64,000 bases of DNA, taken from contig JBFWRP010000002.1 in NCBI GenBank assembly GCA_050248855.1, positions 234,608-298,607 on the forward strand. Reading direction: 5' to 3'. Under the pieces are notes generated by a model that was given only the letters and a program-made list of their open reading frames with translations, was not told the DNA's origin and ran no database searches. A program made the position numbers and the translations under genes. This stretch comes from Planctomycetota bacterium (GTDB taxonomy: Bacteria > Planctomycetota > PLA2 > JAEUHO01). Shown in pieces: positions 27,831 to 37,066 of this stretch. Positions within the stretch are counted from its first letter, which is position 1. Each line of letters starts with the position of its first letter.

Positions 27831-28546
27831 TACGTCGCGTTGGGGCGGTCGTAGCGCAACATCATGACGAAGCCGACGCCCATCAGCAGGGCGCATGCGA
27901 TGGCGTAGGGCCACATCGGCTCGTTCAGGTGGCGCAGCACGAAGCGGTTGTAGGCGTAGAGCACCCAGACGTTGATCCCGAGGAAGGCCAGCGTCTTGCC
28001 GCCCGCGCGACCGGACTCGGGCAGCAGGACGTCGGCGTCTTCGTCGCGGACGTGACCCGCGGCAATCCGCTGCGCCATGCGCTCCTGCATGTCCACGAGC
28101 CGGGTCTTGTTGGCCGTGATGCCCCGGCGCGCCAGGGGCAGGATGGCGATGTCGAGCAGCAGGCCGAGCGCCGTCAGGCCGATCACGACGCCTTCCGCAA
28201 CCTGCCCGTCCGCCATGCCGCCGGCGAGGATGCCGACCGCCACCCACACCAGCATCGCGACCACGAGCAAGGGAAAGAGCGGTCCCTTGATCCATGCCCG
28301 ACGCAGCGGCTGCGTGTCGTCGATGCCGGCGGTGGGACCGCTCTGCTGGATCCACTTCATGCTGCCGATGAAGTGCACGATCAGCAGGGAGTGCACGATC
28401 AGGCAGAACACGGGCACGAACATGGCGGAAAGCAAGAACGCCCGTGGTGAGACCACGGGCGTTCCGGCTTGCAGCACGACCAGCACCAGGAATCCTGCTT
28501 GGACGAGCAGGTTCCAGATCGCCAGACCGCTGTAGAGCTGTCGCAT
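27830..28546 (-). CDS. Hypothetical multi-pass membrane protein
   Basis: About 6 hydrophobic segments and host-like codon usage. Confidence 0.75.
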   Translation of the reverse strand: MRQLYSGLAIWNLLVQAGFLVLVVLQAGTPVVSPRAFLLSAMFVPVFCLIVHSLLIVHFIGSMKWIQQSGPTAGIDDTQPLRRAWIKGPLFPLLVVAMLVWVAVGILAGGMADGQVAEGVVIGLTALGLLLDIAILPLARRGITANKTRLVDMQERMAQRIAAGHVRDEDADVLLPESGRAGGKTLAFLGINVWVLYAYNRFVLRHLNEPMWPYAIACALLMGVGFVMMLRYDRPNAT

Positions 28547-28564
28547 GCCGAGTCCGCGAGGGGA

Positions 28565-29407
28565 TCAGCGACCGGAGGGAACCTCTTCCTCGGCCTCTTC
28601 GGTCTCTTCGGCTTCCTCGGCCTCGTCCTTGGCGCCGCCCATGCCCGCGCCTTCCAGGATCTCCTCGGCCGCATCGCTCTTGCGCTCGAACGCCGCGAGG
28701 GTCAGGCCCTCGGCCTTGAAGGTCACGAGACGGTTCATGGAGCCGGGGTTGCTGAGCATCTCCTTGAAGCCACCGGTCCAGACGATGTGGCCCTCGGCGT
28801 CCGCCTTGCCGTTGCTCTTGACGACCGTGCCGGGCAGCACCCAGGTCGAGGTCATCTTCATGCCCTCGACGAGCGGGCCGAACATGCCCTCGATCATGGG
28901 CATCATCTGCGCGGCCTCTTCACCCTTGGCCTGCTCGACGGCTTCCTGGGGAACGCGGCGCACCTCGAGGGTCCACGCGCCACCCTCGGCGGGCTGCAGC
29001 AGGACGCGATCGCCGTCCCAGAGGCCGGACTTGGCCAGCGCCTCGAGGTTCTTGAACTCGACCACGGCCAGGAAGCCGCGCTTGCCCGCCTCGGCGTCGT
29101 TGATCTCCTCGGCCTTGAGCAGCTTCAGGCCCTCGACCTTGGCGACCTCATCCTTGACCTTCTTCAGGTCGAAGTCGTCCTCGTTGACGGGCGCGTCATC
29201 CATGCCGCCGCCCTCGCCGCCGAACATGCCTTCCACCATCTGCTTGACCTGCTCGAGCTTCTTCAGGTCCATGACGGCCTTCACGGTCATCGTGCCCGTG
29301 CCGTCCTTGCGCAGGACGAGGGTCTCCTCCATCTCGAAGCAGCCGCCCAGCCCGCCGAGCAGGAGCGCGGCCAGGGGGAACAGGGCCAAGGTGCGAATAC
29401 GACGCAT
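28565..29407 (-). CDS. Lipoprotein (LppM-like N-terminus)
   Basis: Lipobox LGG-C followed by FEMEETLVLRKDGTG. Acidic tail. Confidence 0.75.
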   Translation of the reverse strand: MRRIRTLALFPLAALLLGGLGGCFEMEETLVLRKDGTGTMTVKAVMDLKKLEQVKQMVEGMFGGEGGGMDDAPVNEDDFDLKKVKDEVAKVEGLKLLKAEEINDAEAGKRGFLAVVEFKNLEALAKSGLWDGDRVLLQPAEGGAWTLEVRRVPQEAVEQAKGEEAAQMMPMIEGMFGPLVEGMKMTSTWVLPGTVVKSNGKADAEGHIVWTGGFKEMLSNPGSMNRLVTFKAEGLTLAAFERKSDAAEEILEGAGMGGAKDEAEEAEETEEAEEEVPSGR

Positions 29408-29579
29408 GGGGGTCTCCGGGGGCGTCCCCAAGGGGCGCCCGGGTAGGGGAAGTCCCTGACGATCCGGGCGCGGGCAGGGACCCGCAAGCCGGGGGACGGG
29501 CGAACGCCTTCCCGGACTCACGAGTGCGGCGCGGGGCTCGAGGCGGACAGCGGGTTGCGTGCGCCCATCCAGGCCCGGA

Positions 29580-30443
29580 CTACCGGGCTTCGAGCCGCTT
29601 GCGCACGGTCTCCGCGGCTTCGGGCCCGAGCGCTCCGAGGCACGTGGCGGCCGCCACGAGGTCCGCGTCGTCCTCGCGGACGGCGTCCGGCGCCGGCGGG
29701 AGCGCCTCGACCGCCTCCCACGCGGCGCGCAGCTCCTGGCGCTCCAGCAGGCCGCGGCGAAACAGCTCCTCGACGAGCAGCAGGCGCGTCGTGCGCGCCG
29801 AGGGACGCCCGAGCCGCGGCAGGAGGGACGGGCGGGGGCCCCCGCCGACGCGCAGCTTGAGGGCGTACCAGCTGTCGCCGAACGAGCCCTGCGGGGCTTC
29901 ACGCAGCGGCACCTTGGCCTCGACGAGGTCGAAGCCCGCGCGATGGCACTCCGCGATGACGCGCCCCACGCCGCCGTTGGGGTCGCGGATGACGAGCCGC
30001 CCGGTGGGCTTGAGCGCGGCGCGAATGCCCTCGAGGAACCCGGCCAGCGCGCGACGTTCGACGTAGTCGATCACGTCGTTCAGGAACACCGCGTCCAGAC
30101 GTTCGGCGGGCAGCATCGGGTCGTCGGGAAGCGACTGGATCACCTGGACGTTCTCGACGCCCTCGCGCACGAGACGCTCTCGCACCCTCTCCAGCTGGCG
30201 CGCGTCGATGTCCACGGCGAACACGCGCCCATCGGCGCCGACGGCGCGTGCCAGCGGAACGGTCCAGGTACCGCTTCCGCAGCCCAGGTCGGCGATGCGT
30301 TCGCCCGCGCGTGGCGCGATCAGGGCCAGGATCGCCCGTCGCTCGCCCCCGTCGTCGTCGTCTTCGGCGCGCGCGGCGGGTCGGAGCGCGGCCAGGGCAG
30401 CCAGGGCAAGCACCGTCAGCATCGTCACGCGCGTGCGCTTCAC
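29580..30443 (-). CDS. Class I SAM-dependent methyltransferase with a predicted signal peptide
   Basis: IADLGCGSG, VFAVDID. GTGA overlap with the upstream gene. Confidence 0.8.
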   Translation of the reverse strand: MKRTRVTMLTVLALAALAALRPAARAEDDDDGGERRAILALIAPRAGERIADLGCGSGTWTVPLARAVGADGRVFAVDIDARQLERVRERLVREGVENVQVIQSLPDDPMLPAERLDAVFLNDVIDYVERRALAGFLEGIRAALKPTGRLVIRDPNGGVGRVIAECHRAGFDLVEAKVPLREAPQGSFGDSWYALKLRVGGGPRPSLLPRLGRPSARTTRLLLVEELFRRGLLERQELRAAWEAVEALPPAPDAVREDDADLVAAATCLGALGPEAAETVRKRLEAR

Positions 30444-31162
30444 CACGCCTCCTTCCGACAAAGGTCCTCGGGCACGCCCAGCTCGCGTGCCCAGGTCATC
30501 GTGTCGGCCACGAGATCCTTCGGCCCGCAGGCCGCGACCAGGGTCCGCCGCGGGTTGCGCAGCGAGGCCGCCAAGGCCTCGCGACCGAAGCGCCCACGCG
30601 CCCCGGGCCAGGCGACGGCGTCGTCGGCCCCGGTGACGGTGGGTCGCCACGTGAAGCCGGGCACGTCGCGCTCCCACGCCGCCCACTCGTCCGCGAAGAC
30701 GAGGTGGTCCTGCTGGCGGGACGCTTGCAGGAGCGTCACATGGCCCGGCGCACCCCGCGCCACCCAGGCTTCGACCAGGGCGCGGAACGGCGCGACGCCG
30801 CTGCCTCCCGCGACGAGCACGGCGTCGTCGCCCGCCGGCACCGAGAGGTCGAACGCGCCGCGCGGCGCGGACAGGTCCACGACCGTGCCGACAGGTCGCT
30901 CGTAGACGGGCAGGCCCCACGCCCCGCTGCCTCGCACCGTGATGCGCACGGGGCGCCCCGGCCCATCGGCGCCGGAGAGCGAGTAGGGGCGAGCCTTGGG
31001 CGGGATCTCGTCCGGGAGTCGGACGGCCACGTGCTGGCCCGGGTGCCAGGTGAAGGCGCGCCGGACGTCGGCGTCCAGCGCGAAGACGAGGGTCCGATCC
31101 AACGGCGTCTCCTGCCGCACCTCGGCCACGCGGGCTCGGATCCAGGGCACGTCGTCGCTCAT
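30440..31162 (-). CDS. FAD/NAD(P)-binding oxidoreductase (ferredoxin-NADP reductase family)
   Basis: PGQHV, RPYSL, AGGSGVAP, ACGP, terminal KEAW. Confidence 0.88.
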   Translation of the reverse strand: MSDDVPWIRARVAEVRQETPLDRTLVFALDADVRRAFTWHPGQHVAVRLPDEIPPKARPYSLSGADGPGRPVRITVRGSGAWGLPVYERPVGTVVDLSAPRGAFDLSVPAGDDAVLVAGGSGVAPFRALVEAWVARGAPGHVTLLQASRQQDHLVFADEWAAWERDVPGFTWRPTVTGADDAVAWPGARGRFGREALAASLRNPRRTLVAACGPKDLVADTMTWARELGVPEDLCRKEAW

Positions 31163-31275
31163 GCGCCCGTCCTACCACGGCCCGGACCTGGGCCCGGGGC
31201 CCCGCTCCCGTCGGGCCGCGGCGGTACGCTCGCTCGCCAGGCGCCGCACGCTGGCGGCCCGCGAAGGAGGTCCAC

Positions 31276-31617
31276 ATGCCGCGACTCGTGGTGCGCCAGG
31301 GTGAGGGCATCGGGCGCGACCAGCCGTTGGGTGTGGGGGCCTGCGTCGTCGGGCGCGGGCCGGGCGTGGACTTCACGATCGACGACACATCGATGTCGCG
31401 GCAGCACTTCCGGGTGGTTGGCACCGCGGGCACGTGGATGCTGGAGGACCTGGGCTCCACCAACGGGACCTTCCTGAACGGTCGTCGCGCGCGCCGGGCG
31501 CCGCTCAAGGACGGCGACACCATCCGCGCCGGCGCGACGGAGCTGCGCTACGTCCAGAAGGACATGCTCGCCGGCACGGGCATCAAGGCGCCGGTGCGCA
31601 AGAAGCGAAGGCGCTAG
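31276..31617 (+). CDS. FHA domain protein
   Basis: VGR, SRQH, DLGSTNGTFLNG, LKDGDTI. AAGGAGG RBS. Confidence 0.9.
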   Translation: MPRLVVRQGEGIGRDQPLGVGACVVGRGPGVDFTIDDTSMSRQHFRVVGTAGTWMLEDLGSTNGTFLNGRRARRAPLKDGDTIRAGATELRYVQKDMLAGTGIKAPVRKKRRR

Positions 31618-31624
31618 GCCGGCG

Positions 31625-32071
31625 CTACTCCGTCGTCGGCGCAGGCTCCAGCCCGGCGACCAGGGCGCCCAGGAACCAGCCGACCTGGCCTTCACCGAGG
31701 CCCGTCTGCTCCAGGACGCGTTCGACGAGACGACGGGCCCGCTGCTCGCGACGCAGGAGCAACCGCGCCCGCCGGGCCGCGCCCTCCAGTGTGAGCCGTG
31801 CCATCCGCTGGCGCCGATCGCGGCTGCCCGCGCGCCGTTCGATCAGGCCGCGGCGCTCGACGCGGTCGGCAAAGCGCGTGGCGGTCGTGGGGTCCCGCCC
31901 CAGGCGCCGTGCCACCTCCTGCATGGCCACGGCCTCGTCGGGTGCGAGGGCCAGGAGAAAGCGCGCCTCGGAGGCCTCGAGGGCCTCCGCGGCGGCGTCC
32001 TCGCCGAGGCCCTCGGCCAGCAGGGTCTCCAGACGCTCGAGCTCGGTCGTCCACATGGTTGCATCGTACAT
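31625..32071 (-). CDS. MarR family regulator (alternative start 32056)
   Basis: EVARRLGRDPTTATRFADRVERRGLIER..DRR..LTLEG. Confidence 0.85.
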   Translation of the reverse strand: MYDATMWTTELERLETLLAEGLGEDAAAEALEASEARFLLALAPDEAVAMQEVARRLGRDPTTATRFADRVERRGLIERRAGSRDRRQRMARLTLEGAARRARLLLRREQRARRLVERVLEQTGLGEGQVGWFLGALVAGLEPAPTTE

Positions 32072-32115
32072 CTACGATCGCGCATGCAAGCGATGCCTAC
32101 GTTCGCATACCTTGC

Positions 32116-33282
32116 CTAGCTGAATGCGCTGATGCCCGTGATGGCGCGACCGAGGATCAGCGTGTGGATGTCGTGCGTGCCCTCGTACGTCTTCACGCTC
32201 TCGAGGTTGCACATGTGGCGCATCGACTGGTACTCGTCCGCCACGCCGTTGGCGCCGAGCATGTCGCGCGCCGTGCGGGCGATCTCCAGGGCGTGGTAGC
32301 AGGCGTTGCGCTTGGCCATGCTGACCTGGACGGGCGTGACCTTGCCGGCTTCCTTGAGGCGGCCCAGACGCAGGTTCATCAGCTGCGCCTTCGTGATCTC
32401 CGTCAGCATGTGGGCGAGCTTGGCCTGGTACAGCTGGAACGAGGCCAGCGGCCGGCCGAACTGCTTGCGCGAGAGCCCGTAGGCACGTGCTTCGTCGAAG
32501 CACGCCATGGCGGCGCCGACCACGCCCCAGGCGATGCCGTAGCGCGCCTGGTTGAGGCAGGACAGCGGGCCGCCGAGGCCCTTGGCGCCCTCCAGCAGGT
32601 TGCCCGCAGGGATGCGCACGTCCTGCAGGACCAGCTCGCTCGTGACGCTGGCGCGCAAGCTGTGCTTGCCGCGCTGCTCCGGCGCGCTGAAGCCGGGCGT
32701 GTCCGTGGGCACGACGAACCCGTGGATCTCGCCGTCCAGCTTGGCCCAGACGACGGCCACGTCGGCAATGGTGCCGTTGGTGATCCACATCTTGGCGCCG
32801 TTCAGCACGAAGTCGTCGCCGTCGCGGACGGCCTTCGTCTCCATGCTGCCGGGGTCGCTGCCGTGGTTCGGTTCAGTGAGTCCGAAGCACCCGATCGCCG
32901 ACCCGTCGTGCAGGGCCGGCAGCCAGCGCGCCTTGATCTCCTCGCTGCCGTAGCGCCAGATCGGGTACATGACCAACGCGCCTTGCACGCTGACGAACGA
33001 GCGCAGTCCGCTGTCGCCGCGCTCGAGCTCCTGCATGACGAGGCCGTACGCCGTGGCGCCCAGGCGCGGGAAGTCGGCGTAGTCGAGGTTGCCGCCGAGC
33101 ACGCCCATCTCGGCCAGCTCGGGAACCAGGTCCTTCGGGAACGAGCCCTCCCGGTAGGCCTTCTCCACGCGAGGCAGGAACCGCTCGCCGACCCAGTCGC
33201 GCACGGTGTCGCGCACCATGCGTTCCTCCTCCCCGAGGAGGTCGTCGATGTCGAAGAAGTCGGGAGCCTCGTAGGGAGCCAT
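32116..33282 (-). CDS. gcdH: Acyl-CoA dehydrogenase, glutaryl-CoA dehydrogenase-like
   Basis: ELERGDSGLRS, GCFGLTEPNHGSDP, KMWITN, LGANG, TYEGTHDIHTLILG. Confidence 0.85.
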   Translation of the reverse strand: MAPYEAPDFFDIDDLLGEEERMVRDTVRDWVGERFLPRVEKAYREGSFPKDLVPELAEMGVLGGNLDYADFPRLGATAYGLVMQELERGDSGLRSFVSVQGALVMYPIWRYGSEEIKARWLPALHDGSAIGCFGLTEPNHGSDPGSMETKAVRDGDDFVLNGAKMWITNGTIADVAVVWAKLDGEIHGFVVPTDTPGFSAPEQRGKHSLRASVTSELVLQDVRIPAGNLLEGAKGLGGPLSCLNQARYGIAWGVVGAAMACFDEARAYGLSRKQFGRPLASFQLYQAKLAHMLTEITKAQLMNLRLGRLKEAGKVTPVQVSMAKRNACYHALEIARTARDMLGANGVADEYQSMRHMCNLESVKTYEGTHDIHTLILGRAITGISAFS

Positions 33283-33441
33283 GCCGCCTCCGACCGGGCG
33301 CGCACCTCCAGACGGGAGCTGGCTGCGCCGGCGGCGCGGAGCCTACCGCCAGCGGGCGATCTCGACTCCCCGGCGCGCGGCGCCCGACTACGCGGTACCG
33401 TCGGGGAATGGCCCACGGGGGCCGTCGTTCCCCGCCTGCCC

Positions 33442-34245
33442 ATGCGTCTCCTACCCATCCTCCTCACGATCGTCGCCGCGGCCGCTGCAATCGGGTTGGT
33501 CCTGCTGCGCTCATCCCCGCGGGCCGTCGGCCCCGACCTGGACACGCCGATCTCGGGCGACCTCCCCGCCGAGTCGCCGACGGGGCTCGTGGGGCGCGCG
33601 CCGACCGATGGGCCGGCGGGGCCGCCGGCGAGCGGGCGGGACGGACCTGCTCCCGTCGACATACGCACCGTCGAGCGCGGGGACCTCACCGTCGTCCTCG
33701 TCGACGCGGAGGGGGAGCGGATCCCGACGGACGGCGTCGATCTCGAGATCGAGCGCATCGGGCTGCCCTTCCCGGGCCGACGCTTGGCGCACCGCGACAT
33801 CGAGGCCCGGACGTGGACCTTCCGCGGCGAGCCCGTCGGCCCCGTGCGCGTGAAGGCCATGGGCCGGCACTTCCGCGACGCCGTCGGCGAGGCCAAGATC
33901 CTGGCGCAGGACACGCCTCCGCTCGTCATCACCGTCGAGCCTGCCGGCGCCGTGCAGGTGCGCACCACGCTGGGTGACGGCAGCGCCCCCTCGCGCATCC
34001 ACGCCACGCTCACGGACGAAGCCGGCAAGCCCGTCGAGGCGTGGTGGCAGGAGCGCAACAACCCCCGCGTGGGGCCACGTGTGCGCGGCGTGGAGGCCAG
34101 CTTCGGCGCAGAGGGCTGGATCACCGGCCTCGCGGCCGGACGCTACCGCGTGGACATCGAGTCCGAGGCCGGCTACCGCGACAAGGCCTGGGTCGACGTG
34201 ACGCCCGGCGCCACGGCGGCGGTGTCGTTCACGCTGCCGCAGTAG
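33442..34245 (+). CDS. Membrane-anchored hypothetical protein with carboxypeptidase-regulatory-like beta domains
   Basis: N-terminal TM and ITGLAAGRYRVDI-type motif. Confidence 0.65.
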   Translation: MRLLPILLTIVAAAAAIGLVLLRSSPRAVGPDLDTPISGDLPAESPTGLVGRAPTDGPAGPPASGRDGPAPVDIRTVERGDLTVVLVDAEGERIPTDGVDLEIERIGLPFPGRRLAHRDIEARTWTFRGEPVGPVRVKAMGRHFRDAVGEAKILAQDTPPLVITVEPAGAVQVRTTLGDGSAPSRIHATLTDEAGKPVEAWWQERNNPRVGPRVRGVEASFGAEGWITGLAAGRYRVDIESEAGYRDKAWVDVTPGATAAVSFTLPQ

Positions 34246-34285
34246 CGCCCTGCGGTGTCAGTTCTTCATGCCGACGGCAAAGCCC

Positions 34286-34383
34286 GTACGGAGGCGGGGA
34301 ATTCTTCCGCAACTTGCCGATGGGCACTTCCGCATGCCGAAGCGCAGGGCGGCAAGTTGCGGAAGAAATCCCCGCCTCCGTAC
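34286..34383. mobile_element. 98-bp palindromic MITE/REPIN-like element, copy A
   Basis: 34-bp inverted arms starting GTACGGAGGCGGGG with one mismatch. Flanks match the element-free site at 38700-38742. Confidence 0.75.
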
Positions 34384-34548
34384 CGCGTCTCGATGCGCGC
34401 GGCACCCCCTCCCATGGAAGCGTGGCTGTCCTGTCCGAGCCCGGAGTTCAGGCACCTTCCGTTGCAGCGGGTCCTGCTTGGCGTCATCGCCTCCCCAGCG
34501 AAGCGCGTCGTCAGGGCCCGGCCTTCGGGCGCCTCGGCCTGCCGAGGA

Positions 34549-36804
34549 TCAATACAAGGAGAGCAGCGCCCGGACCGTCGGCGTCGCGCGCGTGGGGTCG
34601 AGCAGGGGCTGGAAGGTCCGCACCCAGGCGCGGTCCTCGGGCTGTGCGATCAGGGCGATCGCGCCGATGGCCCGGTGGCGCGTCCAGTCGTCGGCCTTGG
34701 CGTCGCCCGCGACCTCGAGCAGCGCCGGGAGCGCGCGGCGGTCACCCAGCTCGCCGAGCACGCGGGCCAGCGCCGTTTGCACGGGCTGCGACTTGGTGGC
34801 CTGCAGCGCCTGCACCAGCTGCGGCACCGCCGTGGAATCGGCGGCGTAGCCGAGCCCCAGCGCGGCGCGGTAGCGCACCGCGTCGTTGCCGTCCTCGCGT
34901 GCCAGCTCCAGCAGATGGCCGCGCTCCTCGTGCGCACCGAGAGCCCCCAGGACCAGCGCGAGCCACGAGCGCAGCTCGACGTCCTTGGCGTCCTGGAAGT
35001 CGGCCCGCAGGCGCTGCAGCGAGTCCGTGTCCTCGAGCACGGCCAGGGCCAGGGCCGCCGCGGACTGCCGTTCCTTGTTGCCGCGATCGCCGGCCAGGGA
35101 CCGCAGGTCCTTCGCGATCGTCACGGCGTGCTCGGGCCACGCGCGCGCGAAGCGGGCCGCGCCCAGCGCCGCCCAGCCCTGCTCGTGCTGGGCCACGTTG
35201 AGGCCGTCGAAGGCGCCGCGCCAGAAGCGGGCCGACTTCGCACCGATCATGGCGAGATCTTCGGAGCTGGCCTCGGGGCAGCGAGCCGTGCGCTCGGCAA
35301 GCTCGCCCAGGGCGACGAGGGCAAAGCGGCGGGCGTCGGGATCGGGATCGCGACGGGCCGTGGCGATCAGCGTGTCGGCCAGGCCCGGCGCAAGCCGCGG
35401 CGCCAGACGGGTGATGGCAAGGACGCACGCCGGGCGCGCGGCCTCGGGCTTGCGGAACCTCGCCAACACCTCCTCGAGGGCCGGCAGGGCGGTCGTGTCG
35501 CCGGCCAACGCGAGCGCGGCGGGGACTGCTGCAGCCTCTCCGTCGTCCAGGCCCTTCGTGCGCAGGCGTTCCACGGCACGCCGGACCACGGTGGCCCGTG
35601 CCACGTCGCGCGTGTCGCGCACGCTGCCGCCCAGGCCGAGCCAGCAGGCGCAACGCAGGTCGTCGGAGCTGGTGCGCTCCAGCAACGCCAGCAGCGGCTC
35701 GACGGCCTCGGGGCGGCCCAGCTGGCCGAGGGCCAAGGCCGCGAACGCCTGCACGCGCGACGGCACGTCCGAGCGCTTGAGCAAGCGGCGACCCACGGCG
35801 CTGTCCGTGGCCAGGCCGATCAGCGGCTCCAAGGCGGCCTCGTGGCGCGGCACACCGAGGGCGAGCACCATGACCTCGCGCCAGACACCGTGCTCGTGGG
35901 CCAGGTAGTCGAGCGTCGCCTCGATGGCGGCTTCGGCTTCCGCGCCGCGCGCCACCCGCGCCCAGGCCATCAGGGCCGTCGGACGGACGGGCCCGTCCTT
36001 CTCCGTGGCCAAGCGACGGAGCAGCGGCAAGACGTCGCTTCGCACCTGCTCGTCCGAGGGGCGAAGCCCGCGCTCGGCGCCCTCGCCGGTCGCCGCGATG
36101 GCCGCGTGGTAGCGGGCGCGCAGGTCCATCCACTCGTCGCGGTGCAGACCCCACCACGTGGGCCACGCGGTCTCCGTGGCGCCGCCGCGGCGCGTCGGCC
36201 CGCTGCGGGCCCCGCCCGAGACCGTCGTCGGGCCGCCTCTCCCGTCCGTGACGGGCCCGTCCGACGGGGTGGAGCCGTCGGGGGTGGGGTCGACGAAGCC
36301 GGGGGCCTGGATCCAGGCAGCCTCGTCCGCCTCCAAGCCGTTCTTCGCGAGCCAGGCGCGGAAGCCCGCGTCCTCCAACAGCTCGGGCACGAACGCCTCG
36401 TTGTTGGCCGCGGCCAGGCGACCCAGCAAGGCGCTGTCGCCCGAGACGTCGATCAAGTGGGCCAGAGCGCACCGCGTCCCGTGCGGGTCGATGAGGTGCG
36501 AGATGGCCAGCCCGGGATGGTCCGGGTCCTGCGCGAACACCCCGCGCTCGCCGTAGGCCTTCAGGGCCTCGACCAGGGCGCGGCGCGCGGCCTGCGCCTC
36601 GGGCGCGAGGTGCTCCGTGGGTCGCGTGGCGAGCTCGGCCGAGACGCGGGCCACGTGCGCCTGCTTCCAGGCGTCTTGCTCCGGGTCCACGACCGGGGGG
36701 CGGACCTCGTCGGCCCGACTCGTTCCCGCCACGCCCGTGACGAGCGCGAGGGCGAGGAGGGCGGCAACGCCGCGGACGAGGGGATGCTGCGAGCGCTCGG
36801 ACAT
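34549..36804 (-). CDS. Secreted HEAT-repeat protein
   Basis: Signal peptide and repeated AALALG / RYRAALGLG / LARVLGELGD units. Confidence 0.85.
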   Translation of the reverse strand: MSERSQHPLVRGVAALLALALVTGVAGTSRADEVRPPVVDPEQDAWKQAHVARVSAELATRPTEHLAPEAQAARRALVEALKAYGERGVFAQDPDHPGLAISHLIDPHGTRCALAHLIDVSGDSALLGRLAAANNEAFVPELLEDAGFRAWLAKNGLEADEAAWIQAPGFVDPTPDGSTPSDGPVTDGRGGPTTVSGGARSGPTRRGGATETAWPTWWGLHRDEWMDLRARYHAAIAATGEGAERGLRPSDEQVRSDVLPLLRRLATEKDGPVRPTALMAWARVARGAEAEAAIEATLDYLAHEHGVWREVMVLALGVPRHEAALEPLIGLATDSAVGRRLLKRSDVPSRVQAFAALALGQLGRPEAVEPLLALLERTSSDDLRCACWLGLGGSVRDTRDVARATVVRRAVERLRTKGLDDGEAAAVPAALALAGDTTALPALEEVLARFRKPEAARPACVLAITRLAPRLAPGLADTLIATARRDPDPDARRFALVALGELAERTARCPEASSEDLAMIGAKSARFWRGAFDGLNVAQHEQGWAALGAARFARAWPEHAVTIAKDLRSLAGDRGNKERQSAAALALAVLEDTDSLQRLRADFQDAKDVELRSWLALVLGALGAHEERGHLLELAREDGNDAVRYRAALGLGYAADSTAVPQLVQALQATKSQPVQTALARVLGELGDRRALPALLEVAGDAKADDWTRHRAIGAIALIAQPEDRAWVRTFQPLLDPTRATPTVRALLSLY

Positions 36805-37066
36805 GGCGCACCTCCTGGGCCCCGCGCTCCCCCGCCACCCGGAGGATCAAGCGCGGCACCGGCAACAGTCAATGGATCCTGCGAGGCGGAGAGGGGGTGG
36901 GGCGGGGTGCGGACCGGCGAAGGCTGGTCGCCAGGCACCTGTCCCTAGCCCCGGACCTTTGAACGCCGGACAGGGGGGCTCCGCAGCCCCGACCTGCCCG
37001 AATCGTGCGCGATGGGGGACGAAAGTACACACGCGTACCATGCGCCCGGCTCCCGGAGGGTGGCGC

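Noticed and set aside
36840..36990. SAM-I or glycine riboswitch, or tRNA-Sec
   Set aside because: Fragments (ATCAAG, CGGCAAC, TCCTGC; TTCAAA on the minus strand) occur, but P2, GGTGC and a paired anticodon stem are missing.
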